In this document: piece after piece, positions 1-8,958 of the stretch
How positions within the stretch are numbered: position 1 is the stretch's first letter
Layout: each line of letters begins with the position of its first letter
Source of the DNA: Candidatus Fervidifonticultor quintus
GTDB taxonomy: Bacteria; Sysuimicrobiota; Sysuimicrobiia; Sysuimicrobiales; Humicultoraceae
DNA: 17,958 nucleotides
Assembly: GCA_031459535.1 (NCBI GenBank)
Contig: JAVKIJ010000069.1
Coordinates: forward strand, 1-17,958
Reading direction: 5' to 3'
Notes under the pieces: generated by a model
What the model was told of the DNA's origin: nothing
Database searches by the model: none
What the model saw: the letters and a program-made list of their open reading frames with translations, nothing else
Made by a program: the position numbers and the translations under genes

Positions 1-30
1 GTGACCGCATGATCATCGACCGCAGCGGCG

Positions 31-1206
31 ATGCCTGAGGGGCGCCGCGTGCTCATTCTGGTGCTGGACGGTCTGGGCATCGGCGCCGCGCCTGACGCGG
101 CCGCGTATGGCGACGAGGGCAGCGACACGCTGGGGAACACCGCCCGACGAAGAGGCCGGCTTCGGATGCCGGTGCTCGAGCGGCTCGGCCTGGGGGTGCT
201 CGCCGCTGTGCCGGGCGTGCGGCCGCTCCACGACCACCAGGCGGCTGTGGGGATCATGCACGAACGGTCGGCCGGCAAGGACTCCACGACCGGACACTGG
301 GAGATCGCCGGGCTGATCGTGCCGAGACCGTTTCCGGTCTACCCGCGCGGGTTCCCGCGCGATGTGATCGCCGCGTTCTCGGCGGCAATCGGCCGGCCGG
401 TGCTCGGCAACGTGGCGGCCTCGGGGACGGAGATCATCAAGCGGCTGGGCGAGGCGCATCTTTCCACGGGCGCACCCATCGTGTACACGTCGGCCGACAG
501 CGTCTTCCAGGTGGCGGCGCACGAGGAGGTCGTGCCGGTCGAACAGCTCTACGCCTGGTGCCGGGCGGCCCGCCAGATCCTGCAAGGCGAGCACGCCGTG
601 AGCCGGGTGATCGCCCGGCCCTTCGCGGGCGTCCCGGGCGCGTTCGTGCGGACGGATCGCCGACGTGACTTCTCGTTGCCGCCGATCGGCCGCACCCTGC
701 TGGACGCGGTCGCAGCGCAGGGGCTGGCGGTGGTGGGAATCGGCAAGATCGACGACCTCTTCGCCGGCCGCGGCGTCAGCCGCGCCGTGCACACCCACGA
801 CGACTTCGATGGGATCACACAAGCCGCTCAAGCTCTCCGCTCACTCGACCGCGGCCTGGTCTTCGCCACCCTGGTGGACCTGGACACCCTCTACGGCCAC
901 CGCAACGACCCCGCGGGCTACGCGGCCCATCTGGAAGCCATCGACGGCCGCTTGCCGCAGGTGCTCGAGGCCTGCGGGCCCGCAGACCTGGTCATCATCA
1001 CCGCCGATCACGGTAACGATCCCACGACGCCCAGCACCGATCACTCCCGGGAAGCGGTCCCGGTGCTGGCGTGGTTTCCCGGCATGCCGGCGGGACGCCG
1101 CCTGGGTCTGCGCAGCACGTTCGCCGACGTGGCCGCTACCGTGGCGGACGCCCTGGGTGTCGAGTGGCAGGGACCCGGGGCGAGCTTCTGGTCGGCTCTC
1201 CGGTAG
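31..1206 (+). CDS. deoB: Phosphopentomutase
   Basis: 391 aa ORF with PPM motifs [60 protein letters not shown] and [16 protein letters not shown]. It lies next to nucleoside phosphorylase genes. Confidence 0.96.
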   Translation: MPEGRRVLILVLDGLGIGAAPDAAAYGDEGSDTLGNTARRRGRLRMPVLERLGLGVLAAVPGVRPLHDHQAAVGIMHERSAGKDSTTGHWEIAGLIVPRPFPVYPRGFPRDVIAAFSAAIGRPVLGNVAASGTEIIKRLGEAHLSTGAPIVYTSADSVFQVAAHEEVVPVEQLYAWCRAARQILQGEHAVSRVIARPFAGVPGAFVRTDRRRDFSLPPIGRTLLDAVAAQGLAVVGIGKIDDLFAGRGVSRAVHTHDDFDGITQAAQALRSLDRGLVFATLVDLDTLYGHRNDPAGYAAHLEAIDGRLPQVLEACGPADLVIITADHGNDPTTPSTDHSREAVPVLAWFPGMPAGRRLGLRSTFADVAATVADALGVEWQGPGASFWSALR

Positions 1207-1270
1207 GCATGGGCGGCCTCATATCGAAGACCAACAAGGGACGGGTCCGACCTGGAGAGAGGGAGGGTGC

Positions 1271-2095
1271 ATGAGCTGGGCTGCACGGGCACGGGAGACC
1301 GCCGCGCTCGTCCTCGGTCGAGGGGCGCCCGCTCCGGAAGTGGCGATCATCCTGGGATCAGGTTTGGGCGCGCTGGCTGACCTGGTGGGCGCCGTGGCGA
1401 GCATGCCATTTTCGGAAATTCCCCATTTCCCACCAGCGGGCGTGGAGGGTCACCGCGGCCGGCTCGTGGTGGGGACGCTGGAAGGCCGCCGCGTGGCGGT
1501 GATGCAGGGCCGGGCCCACTACTACGAGGGCTACACCATGCCCGAAGTCGTGTTCCCGGTGCGCGCGCTGTACGCCATGGGAGCCCGCATCCTCATCGTC
1601 ACCAACGCCGCCGGGGGCCTGAACCGGCACTTCCGGGCCGGCGACCTCATGGTCATCGCGGACCACATCAATTTCATGGGTTCCAACCCGCTGATCGGGC
1701 CCAACGAAGAGGACCTCGGGCCGCGCTTTCCCGACATGTCCGAAGCCTACGATCCGGCGCTGATGGAGCTGGCTGAGCAGGTCGCGGTCGAACTGGGCAT
1801 CCCGCTGCGCAAGGGTGTCTATGTGGGGGTGTCCGGCCCCTCGTACGAGACGCCGGCCGAGCTGCGCATGATGGCCCGCTGGGGTGCCGATGCCGTGGGG
1901 ATGTCCACCGTCCCCGAGGTCATCGCCGCGCGCCACCTGGGCATGCGCGTGCTCGGCATCTCGGCCATAGCCGATCTGGCCACCGGCGAACAACGGGCCA
2001 AGGTCACGCACGACCAAGTCCTGGCGGTCATTCGACGCCTCGAGCCGCAGTTTGTGAACCTCATGCGGGGCATCGTCCACAGGCTGCCGCGGTGA
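1271..2095 (+). CDS. punA: Purine nucleoside phosphorylase, trimeric (PunA/XapA/mammalian-type) family; Asp at the usual Asn specificity position
   Basis: Motifs IILGSGLG, QGRAHYYEG, VTNAAGG, DHINF, RFPDMS, GPSYETPAE and GADAVGMSTVPEV. ATG at 1271 follows SD GGGAGG (1261-1266), giving 274 aa. The ORF-track start at 665 overlaps deoB and is spurious. Confidence 0.94.
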   Translation: MSWAARARETAALVLGRGAPAPEVAIILGSGLGALADLVGAVASMPFSEIPHFPPAGVEGHRGRLVVGTLEGRRVAVMQGRAHYYEGYTMPEVVFPVRALYAMGARILIVTNAAGGLNRHFRAGDLMVIADHINFMGSNPLIGPNEEDLGPRFPDMSEAYDPALMELAEQVAVELGIPLRKGVYVGVSGPSYETPAELRMMARWGADAVGMSTVPEVIAARHLGMRVLGISAIADLATGEQRAKVTHDQVLAVIRRLEPQFVNLMRGIVHRLPR

Positions 2096-3399
2096 TCCGC
2101 GCCGTCGATCTCATCGCCAGGAAGCGGGACGGCGGCCGCCTGGCGGCCGAGGAGATCGAAGCACTGGTGGGCGGGTTCGCCAGGGACGAGATCCCCGACT
2201 ACCAGATGGCGGCGTTCCTGATGGCCGTCTGCTGTCGCGGTCTCGACCCGACTGAGACCGCCGCGCTGGTGATGGCCATGGTGCGCTCTGGCGAGGTAGT
2301 GGACCTCGGACCGCTGGGCCAGCGGGCGGTGGACAAGCATAGCAGCGGCGGCGTCGGGGACAAGGTCTCGCTGGTGCTCGTCCCGCTAGTCGCATCCGCC
2401 GGCGTCCCGGTACCGAAGCTCTCGGGCCGGGGTCTTGGGCACACCGGGGGCACCCTGGACAAGCTGGAGTCCATCCCAGGCTTCCGTACCGGACTGTCGG
2501 TGAGCGAATTCGTGGCTCAGGTGGAGCGGGTGGGATGCGCGATCGCGGCGCAGAGCGACACGCTCGTGCCGGCCGATGCCAGACTGTACGCCTTGCGGGA
2601 CGCCACGGCCACCGTGGAGAGTATTCCGTTGATCGCGGCCAGCATCATGTCCAAGAAACTGGCGGCGGGCGCCGGCGCCATTCTGCTGGACGTGAAGTGC
2701 GGGCGCGGGGCCTTCATGAAGACCGAGGACGATGCGCGCACCCTGGCGCAGATCATGGTGGAGATCGGCCGGGCCGCCGGACGGCGCACTGCCGCCGTCA
2801 TCTCCGAGATGGACCGCCCCCTGGGCCGCGCCGTGGGCAACGCCCTCGAAGTCAGCGAGGCCATCGCCACGCTGCGGGGGGTCGGCCCGCCCGACGTCGA
2901 GGCGCTCTGCCTGACGCTGGGTGGGTGGATGCTGGTGCTGGGCGGCCGGGCCGGGGGGACCGAGGAAGGGCGGGCTGATCTGGAGCGCCGGCTGCGCACT
3001 GGCGAGGGCCTGGCCAAATTCGCAGAGATGGTTCGCGCCCAGGGTGGTGATGCGTCGGTGGTCGACGATCCCGGACGGCTACCTGGGGCACCGGTTCAGG
3101 TGCCTGTGCCGTCGCCTCAGGCAGGCGTCGTGACCGCCGTTGACGCCCTGGCCATCGGCCGAGCTGCCATGCGCCTGGGCGCAGGCCGCGCGAAGAAGGG
3201 CGATCCGATCGACCCGGCGGTCGGCATCGTCATTGAGCGCACCGTCGGTGACCGGGTCGCCGCCGGCGAGCGCGTGGCCGTGGTGCATGCCAGGCACCGG
3301 GAGCAGGCGGAGCGTGCGGTGCGCGATGTGGCGGCGGCGTATACATGGGGAGAAACCGTCCCGCGGGCCGGACCGTTGATCCGAGGTGTGGTGGCCTGA
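2092..3399 (+). CDS. pdp: Pyrimidine-nucleoside (thymidine) phosphorylase
   Basis: 435 aa with motifs DKHSSGGVGDKVS, KLSGRGLGHTGGTLDKLESIPG, LYALRDATATV, SIMSKKLA, AVGNALEV and LGAGR. GTGA start/stop overlap with punA. Confidence 0.96.
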   Translation: MIRAVDLIARKRDGGRLAAEEIEALVGGFARDEIPDYQMAAFLMAVCCRGLDPTETAALVMAMVRSGEVVDLGPLGQRAVDKHSSGGVGDKVSLVLVPLVASAGVPVPKLSGRGLGHTGGTLDKLESIPGFRTGLSVSEFVAQVERVGCAIAAQSDTLVPADARLYALRDATATVESIPLIAASIMSKKLAAGAGAILLDVKCGRGAFMKTEDDARTLAQIMVEIGRAAGRRTAAVISEMDRPLGRAVGNALEVSEAIATLRGVGPPDVEALCLTLGGWMLVLGGRAGGTEEGRADLERRLRTGEGLAKFAEMVRAQGGDASVVDDPGRLPGAPVQVPVPSPQAGVVTAVDALAIGRAAMRLGAGRAKKGDPIDPAVGIVIERTVGDRVAAGERVAVVHARHREQAERAVRDVAAAYTWGETVPRAGPLIRGVVA

Positions 3400-3450
3400 C
3401 CCGCAGGCGCGGCGTCTGGCTGTTCAGTCCCCGTGGGCAGGAGGTGCACC

Positions 3451-4299
3451 ATGATTCGGCGAGTCGGTGTGGTGGGCTGCGGCCTGATGGGGTCAGGCAT
3501 CGCCGAGGTCGCGGCCAGATCGGGCTATGAGGTCGTCGTGCGGGAGCTGACGGCGCCGCTGCTGCAGCGCGGTCTGGAGCGGATCGACGCGTCCCTGAAC
3601 CGGGCCGTGGACCGCGGCAAGCTCGACGCCGGCGCGCGCGACGCGGCCCGCGCCCGCATTCGTGGTACCACGGTCATGGCCGACCTGGCCCAAGCCGACC
3701 TGGTCATCGAAGCGGTGGTCGAGAAGATGGACGAGAAGAAGGCCGTCCTCCGCGAGCTGGACGATCTGGTCAGGGGCGAGGTGGTGCTGGCCAGCAACAC
3801 CTCGTCCCTGTCCATCACCGAGATGGCCGCGGCCACGCGACGGCCGGATCGGGTCGTCGGGATCCATTTCTTCAACCCGGTCCCGATCATGGCGCTGGTT
3901 GAGATCATCCGCGGCCTCCTCACGTCCGAGGCGACCATGCAGGTGGCCCGCGAGTTCGTCCAGTCCCTGGGGAAGACCGTGGTGGTCGCGAAGGACACGC
4001 CGGGCTTCATCGTCAACCGGCTGCTCATCCCCTATCTGCTGGACGCGATCCGGGCCCTGGAACTGGGCGTGGCGTCCCGCGAGGACATCGACACGGCCAT
4101 CACGCTGGGGCTCGGCCATCCCATGGGGCCGCTGACCCTGCTAGACTTCGTGGGCCTGGACACGACGTACTACATTGCCCAGGCCATGTTCGACGAGTTC
4201 AAGGATCACCGCTACGCGCCGCCGCCGCTGTTGAAGCAGATGGTGCTGGCAGGGTGGCACGGCCGCAAGAGCGGCCGGGGCTTCTACGAGTACGGATAG
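3451..4299 (+). CDS. hbd: 3-hydroxybutyryl-CoA (3-hydroxyacyl-CoA) dehydrogenase
   Basis: Rossmann motif GVVGCGLMGSGIA, plus IEAVVE, LASNTSSLSIT, GIHFFNPVP, KDTPGFIVNRLL, HPMGPL..D.VGLD and GRKSGRGFY. SD AGGAGGT precedes ATG 3451, giving 282 aa. Confidence 0.93.
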   Translation: MIRRVGVVGCGLMGSGIAEVAARSGYEVVVRELTAPLLQRGLERIDASLNRAVDRGKLDAGARDAARARIRGTTVMADLAQADLVIEAVVEKMDEKKAVLRELDDLVRGEVVLASNTSSLSITEMAAATRRPDRVVGIHFFNPVPIMALVEIIRGLLTSEATMQVAREFVQSLGKTVVVAKDTPGFIVNRLLIPYLLDAIRALELGVASREDIDTAITLGLGHPMGPLTLLDFVGLDTTYYIAQAMFDEFKDHRYAPPPLLKQMVLAGWHGRKSGRGFYEYG

Positions 4300-4330
4300 C
4301 GTCCGTCGGCCGAGGTCTCTGCGGGGCGAC

Positions 4331-6073
4331 ATGAGACGGTCCGCCGCAGGGTGGCTGCTCGCCGCATCGGTGGCCGCGCTGGTCGCGGGCCTCTCCTGGG
4401 GCGCGCCGGCCGCGCCGCGCCTGCCCGATATCCCCCATCCGAAGGTCGCCACCGACGCGCCCGAGGTGGGCCGCTACGGCGGCACGCTGGTCAACGCCCA
4501 GGTGAGCGAGCCGCGGACCTTCAACCCGGTGGTCGTGACGGACGCCTCCACAGGAGCCGTGCTGGCGCCCGTCTTCGATGGGCTCGTGGAAGTCAACTAC
4601 ATCACCGGCGAGATTGAGCCGTCGCTGGCGGAGTCCTGGGCCCTCAGCCCCGATGGCCGCACCTGGACGTTCACCCTGCGGCAGGGCGTCCGCTGGTCCG
4701 ATGGGGAACCGCTGACCGCAGACGACGTGCTCTTTAGCCTCCAGGCGGTGTTCACCAGGGGCGTGCAGAGCACGACAGCGGATCTGCTCACGTTGGGCGG
4801 CAAGCCGGTGCGGTGGACGAAGCTGGATGCGCGGCGCATCACGTTCACCACCGAGGAACCGCAGGGGTTCTTCCTGCGGTTGATCGCCGACCTGACGGTG
4901 CTCCCCCGGCACAGGCTGCAGGCCGCGCTGGCCAGGGGCGCCGCGGCCTTCAACGCCGCATGGGGCGTCAACACGCCGCCCCACGAGATCGTGGGCAGCG
5001 GGCCGTTCATTATGCGCACGTACGTCTTCGGCCAGCGGGTCACCTATACCCGCAACCCTCGCTACTGGCGCGTGGATCGGGCAGGCAACCGGCTCCCCTA
5101 CCTGGACCGCTACGTCCTCCAGTTCGTCCCCAACCTCGACGCGGAGAAGCTCAAGTTCCTCGCCGGCGAGATCGACCTCTATGCCGCCCGGCCCCGCGAG
5201 TACGCCGAGTTCAAGGCAGGCGAGGCCGCCGGCAACTACACGGTCTACGACGGGCCGGAAACCTTCTCGTCGGAATACCTGGTCTTCAACCAGAACCCCA
5301 GGGGCCTGCGGCCCCCGAAGCTCACGTGGTTCCGCGACGTGCGGTTTCGCCGGGCGCTCAATGGCGCCATCGACCGCCAGACCGTTGTCCGCCAGGTCTA
5401 CGCCGGCAGGGCGACCCCGGCGTGGAGCCCGGTGAGCGTGGCCAATGGGCGGTACCACAATCCCCACGTGAGGCGATATCCCTACGACCTGCGCCGCGCG
5501 CAGCAGCTGCTGGAAGAAGCCGGGTTCAGGAAGGGCGCCGACGGCGTGCTGCGCGATCGCGCGGGGCACGTGGTCGAGTTCGAGTTGAACACGGTCGCCC
5601 AGAACGCCGACGCGGTGGCCATCGGGAACATCGTGCGCCAGGACTTTGCGCGGTTGGGCATCAAGGTGGTGTTCAGCCCTGAGCCGTTCGCGACCCTTGT
5701 GACCAAACTGGACAACACCTTCAGGTGGGACGCCATCATCATCGGCCTCACCGGCGACTCCGAACCCGGCACGGCGCGCGCCTACTGGATGAGCTCGGGA
5801 GCGTTGCACGACTGGAACCCGCGACAGGCCAAGCCGGCGGAACCCTGGGAAGCGGAGATAGACCGCATCTTCGAGCAGGTCGCCCGCGAGACGGACATCC
5901 AGCGGCGCCGGGCCCTCTACTGGCGCTGGCAGGAGATCGTGGCAGAGACGGTGCCGGTCATGTTCTTCACGAACCCCAAGACCCAGCCGGTCGTGCGCAA
6001 CACCCTGGGCAACACCCGGCTGGGGCTCCAGGGCGCTACCGGCCGGTTGGAGTGGCGGTACTACCGGCGCTGA
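4331..6073 (+). CDS. ABC transporter substrate-binding protein, family 5 (OppA/DppA/NikA-like)
   Basis: 580 aa. N-terminal Sec-type signal MRRSAAGWLLAASVAALVAGLSWGA with no lipobox Cys. Family motifs YGGTL..EPRTFNP, EPSLAESW...DGRTWTFTLRQGVRWSDGEPLTADDV.FS, GSGPF, RNPRYW, LPYLD and FRDVRFRRAL..AIDR. Confidence 0.92.
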   Translation: MRRSAAGWLLAASVAALVAGLSWGAPAAPRLPDIPHPKVATDAPEVGRYGGTLVNAQVSEPRTFNPVVVTDASTGAVLAPVFDGLVEVNYITGEIEPSLAESWALSPDGRTWTFTLRQGVRWSDGEPLTADDVLFSLQAVFTRGVQSTTADLLTLGGKPVRWTKLDARRITFTTEEPQGFFLRLIADLTVLPRHRLQAALARGAAAFNAAWGVNTPPHEIVGSGPFIMRTYVFGQRVTYTRNPRYWRVDRAGNRLPYLDRYVLQFVPNLDAEKLKFLAGEIDLYAARPREYAEFKAGEAAGNYTVYDGPETFSSEYLVFNQNPRGLRPPKLTWFRDVRFRRALNGAIDRQTVVRQVYAGRATPAWSPVSVANGRYHNPHVRRYPYDLRRAQQLLEEAGFRKGADGVLRDRAGHVVEFELNTVAQNADAVAIGNIVRQDFARLGIKVVFSPEPFATLVTKLDNTFRWDAIIIGLTGDSEPGTARAYWMSSGALHDWNPRQAKPAEPWEAEIDRIFEQVARETDIQRRRALYWRWQEIVAETVPVMFFTNPKTQPVVRNTLGNTRLGLQGATGRLEWRYYRR

Positions 6074-6917
6074 GGCCGGGCCCCTCGGGTGCACTCACCG
6101 GGACCGGCCCCGCCGGCGTGATCCGGAACACCTGGTCTGTCAGGGGACGCGCTGCCGCCGCATGGCGGCAGGCGGCTTCGGCTGCCAGGGCCGCCCGATC
6201 CGCCTCCGGTGCCACCAGGAGCACCGACTCTTCCGGGATGGCGACGAGCGGACTGCTGGTCCCTGGCGGGATGACCAGCTCGGGCACCAGGCTGCGCGTG
6301 GCGTCCAGGCCGTCGAGGTGCTCATAGCGGTGGCGGGGCCCGCCGATTTCGGCGAGCAGGTGCGCGGTCTGGCGCCGGAGGTTGGCCAGCGCCAGGGCGT
6401 GGAGTCCCTCGGCCGTCTGCTGCCAGGACTCCATCGCCCGTCGCGTGATGGCCGTGCGCTGGTGGGTGCCGACGATCACGTACGTGATGGCCACGCCTGG
6501 AGCCAGCCACCGCCAGACCAGTCGCTGCGCCGGGGGATACGGATCGAAGATCTCCGCATAGACGGTCGGCTTCAGCTGCGGGAAGATCCGGTCCTCGACC
6601 AGGGGGAAGGGTGGGACGTCAGGAGTAGGGACCGCGGCCCGGATCTGGTCTGCGATGTGAGCCAGCCACGCGGTTGCGTCGCCGGCGCGGGGACGCCGGC
6701 GCGCCAGCGTGGCCAGGTCCACCTCCACGGTCGCCCCGAGGACCGTGGCCCGGAACCCCGTGTCGGTCAACGCCTCGACAGTGACCTCGGGCGCCACGCG
6801 GCGCAGGTAGTCCAGCACCTGCGCGCGCAGCGCAGCGAACCGGCCATACGACCAGGCCACGGCGCCGGCGGCCAGCGCCACGGCCAGGACCAGCACGACG
6901 AGGACCGTCTCAATCAT
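6036..6917 (-). CDS. Hypothetical membrane-anchored protein, DUF1444/YtpQ-like
   Basis: 293 aa ORF filling the gap between the SBP and acyl-CoA dehydrogenase genes. It has a hydrophobic N-terminus (IETVLVVLVLAVALAAGAVAW). Segments RIFPQLKP, AITYVI, W...EGLHALALANLR, DGLDATRSL, LVAIPEESVLLVA and PLTDQVF resemble recalled DUF1444 patterns. Confidence 0.7.
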   Translation of the reverse strand: MIETVLVVLVLAVALAAGAVAWSYGRFAALRAQVLDYLRRVAPEVTVEALTDTGFRATVLGATVEVDLATLARRRPRAGDATAWLAHIADQIRAAVPTPDVPPFPLVEDRIFPQLKPTVYAEIFDPYPPAQRLVWRWLAPGVAITYVIVGTHQRTAITRRAMESWQQTAEGLHALALANLRRQTAHLLAEIGGPRHRYEHLDGLDATRSLVPELVIPPGTSSPLVAIPEESVLLVAPEADRAALAAEAACRHAAAARPLTDQVFRITPAGPVPVSAPEGPGLSAGSTATPTGR

Positions 6918-6991
6918 GGGCGTCGCTGCTCTCTACACCATGACTGGAGGGGCTTCCTGCGGCCGCCTCGAAGTACTGTTGGGAGGACGGC

Positions 6992-8137
6992 ATGGTTGTC
7001 CGACTCTCCGACGAACACCGGATGATCCAGGCCACAGTCCGGGAGTTCGCCGCCCGCGAGTTGCGGCCAATTGCGGCCGACCTCGATCGCCATCCGCGGT
7101 TCCCCGCCGAGGTTGTTGCCAGAGCCGCCGAGTTGGGACTGATGGGCATGACGGTGCCCGAGGAGTACGGCGGGCCCGGGCTCGATCCGCTGGCCTACGT
7201 CGTCGCCCAGGAGGAACTAGCGCGCGTCTCGGCAGGCTTCCAGACCATCGTGACCGTCAACAACTCGCTGGCCTGCGAGCCGATCCTGCGCTGGGGCACC
7301 GAGGACCAGAAGCGCCGGTACCTGCCCGGCTTGGTGTCGGGGGCCCATCTGGGCTGTTACTGCCTCACTGAGCCGGGCGCGGGCTCCGACGCCATGTCGC
7401 TGCGCGCCTCGGCCGTGCTGCGGGGTGACGAGTGGATCCTCTCCGGCACCAAGTTCTTCGTCACCAACGGGGTCGAAGCTGATCTCTGTGTGGTGTACGC
7501 CCGCTCCGAGCAGGCCCCGGGTGCGCGCGGCATCTCGGCGTTTCTGGTCGAGAAGTCGTTTCCCGGCGTCAGAGTCGGCAAGGTGGAACACAAGCTCGGC
7601 ATCCGCTGCTCGTCGACGGCCGAGTTGATCTTCGACGACTGCCGTGTGCCCCAGGAGAATCTGCTGGGCCAGCGGGGCCAGGGGGGCAAGATCGCCCTGG
7701 CCACGCTCGACGGGGGACGGATCGGGATCGCGGCCCAGGCCCTGGGCATCGCGCGTGCGGCGCTGGAGGACGCCGCCGCGCACGCGCTGCAGCGCTATCA
7801 GTTCGGGGTGCCCATCGCGACTTTCCAGGCGGTGCGATGGGCGCTGGCCGACATGGCCACGCGGCTCGAGGCCGCGCGGCAGTTGACCTACCGGGCGGCG
7901 GCGCTGCGGGGGGCCGGGCAGCCCCACACGCGCGAGGCCGCCATGGCCAAGCTGGCGGCCTCGGAGGCCGCCATGTTCGCGGCCCACAAGGCGGTACAGC
8001 TGCTGGGCGGCTACGGATATATCGAGGACTACCCCGTCGAACGGTACTTCCGCGACGCCAAGATCACGGAGATCTACGAAGGCACGTCCGAGATCCAACG
8101 GGTGGTGATCGCTCGACACCTGCTCGCTCATCATTGA
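6992..8137 (+). CDS. Acyl-CoA dehydrogenase (short-chain/butyryl-CoA-type)
   Basis: 381 aa with motifs GCYCLTEPGAGSDA, GTKFFVTNG, KLGIRCSST, LDGGRIGIAAQALGIA, RYQFG, AAMAKL, AVQLLGGYGY and YFRDAKITEIYEGTSEIQR (catalytic Glu in the SCAD/MCAD position). SD GGGAGG precedes ATG 6992. Confidence 0.95.
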   Translation: MVVRLSDEHRMIQATVREFAARELRPIAADLDRHPRFPAEVVARAAELGLMGMTVPEEYGGPGLDPLAYVVAQEELARVSAGFQTIVTVNNSLACEPILRWGTEDQKRRYLPGLVSGAHLGCYCLTEPGAGSDAMSLRASAVLRGDEWILSGTKFFVTNGVEADLCVVYARSEQAPGARGISAFLVEKSFPGVRVGKVEHKLGIRCSSTAELIFDDCRVPQENLLGQRGQGGKIALATLDGGRIGIAAQALGIARAALEDAAAHALQRYQFGVPIATFQAVRWALADMATRLEAARQLTYRAAALRGAGQPHTREAAMAKLAASEAAMFAAHKAVQLLGGYGYIEDYPVERYFRDAKITEIYEGTSEIQRVVIARHLLAHH

Positions 8138-8153
8138 AGTGACGGGAGGGCCT

Positions 8154-8948
8154 GTGGACGTCATCGTCTGCCTGAAGCAGGTTGTGGATCCCGAGCTGCC
8201 CATGAGGGACTTCGCCATCGATCCGGCCACCGGGCGACAGGTACGCGAGGGCCGCCCGCTGGTCATCTCCACCTATGACGAGAACGCTCTGGAGGTGGGC
8301 CTGCAGCTCAAGGACCGGCACGGGGGCAAGGTGACGGCGCTCACGATCGGCCCGCAGAGTGCCGTGAGCGACGCCATCCGTCTGGCGCTGGCGATGGGGG
8401 CCGATGAGGCCGTGGTCGTCGACGAGCCGCGCGGCCCGGATCTGCTGGGCCCGGAAAAGGCGGCGATCCTGGCGGCCGCCATCGCGCGGATCGGCCGGTT
8501 CGACCTGGTGCTGACCGGGTGCGAGTCTGCCGATTGGGTCGAGCGGGCCGTGCCGCCGCTGCTGGCCGAGATCCTGGGCGCAAGCTGTGTGAGCTTCGTC
8601 TCCAGGGTGGAAGCCGCCGGCGACGGGGTCACCGTGCGGCGCATGGCCGACGACGGGTTTCACAGGATCGACGTCCGGTTGCCCGCTGTCCTCTCGGTGG
8701 CCAGCGACGAGTCGAATCGGCCGCGCCTGCCCAAGGTCAAGGACATCGTGGGCGCGAAGCGAAAGCCGGTGCGCATCTGGCCCGCCGATGACTTGACCGC
8801 CGGCGCAGCCGGCTCCCGGTTGCTGGCTGTCGACGTCCGCGAGGTCGCCGTGCCCCAGCGCACCGCCCGGTGCGAGTACCTGGCCGGTGAACCGGCGGAG
8901 CAGGTGGCCGCCCTCGCGCAGCGCCTGCGCGACCTGAAACTCCTGTAG
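8154..8948 (+). CDS. etfB: Electron transfer flavoprotein beta subunit
   Basis: Motifs VIVCLKQV.DP, YDENALE..LQLK, VTALTIGP, ALAMGADEA, DLVLTG, LPAVLSV and NRPRLP. SD GGGAGG at 8144-8149 favours GTG 8154 over the ORF-track start at 8139. Confidence 0.93.
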   Translation: MDVIVCLKQVVDPELPMRDFAIDPATGRQVREGRPLVISTYDENALEVGLQLKDRHGGKVTALTIGPQSAVSDAIRLALAMGADEAVVVDEPRGPDLLGPEKAAILAAAIARIGRFDLVLTGCESADWVERAVPPLLAEILGASCVSFVSRVEAAGDGVTVRRMADDGFHRIDVRLPAVLSVASDESNRPRLPKVKDIVGAKRKPVRIWPADDLTAGAAGSRLLAVDVREVAVPQRTARCEYLAGEPAEQVAALAQRLRDLKLL

Positions 8949-8958
8949 GAGGCCGCTG

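Noticed and set aside
665-1270. 202-aa N-terminal extension of PNP (ORF 665..2095)
   Set aside because: It overlaps deoB in another frame and reads as low-information sequence. PNP homology and a strong SD begin at 1271.
4199-6094. 631-aa minus-strand ORF
   Set aside because: It is the antisense shadow of the SBP gene, expected from high-GC codon bias, and has no recognisable motifs.
6918-6991. Cobalamin riboswitch or defined promoter/operator ahead of the acyl-CoA/mutase operon
   Set aside because: The gap is only 74 bp with no B12-box. TACTGT at 6974-6979 is too close to the SD to call confidently, and I see no clear operator palindrome.
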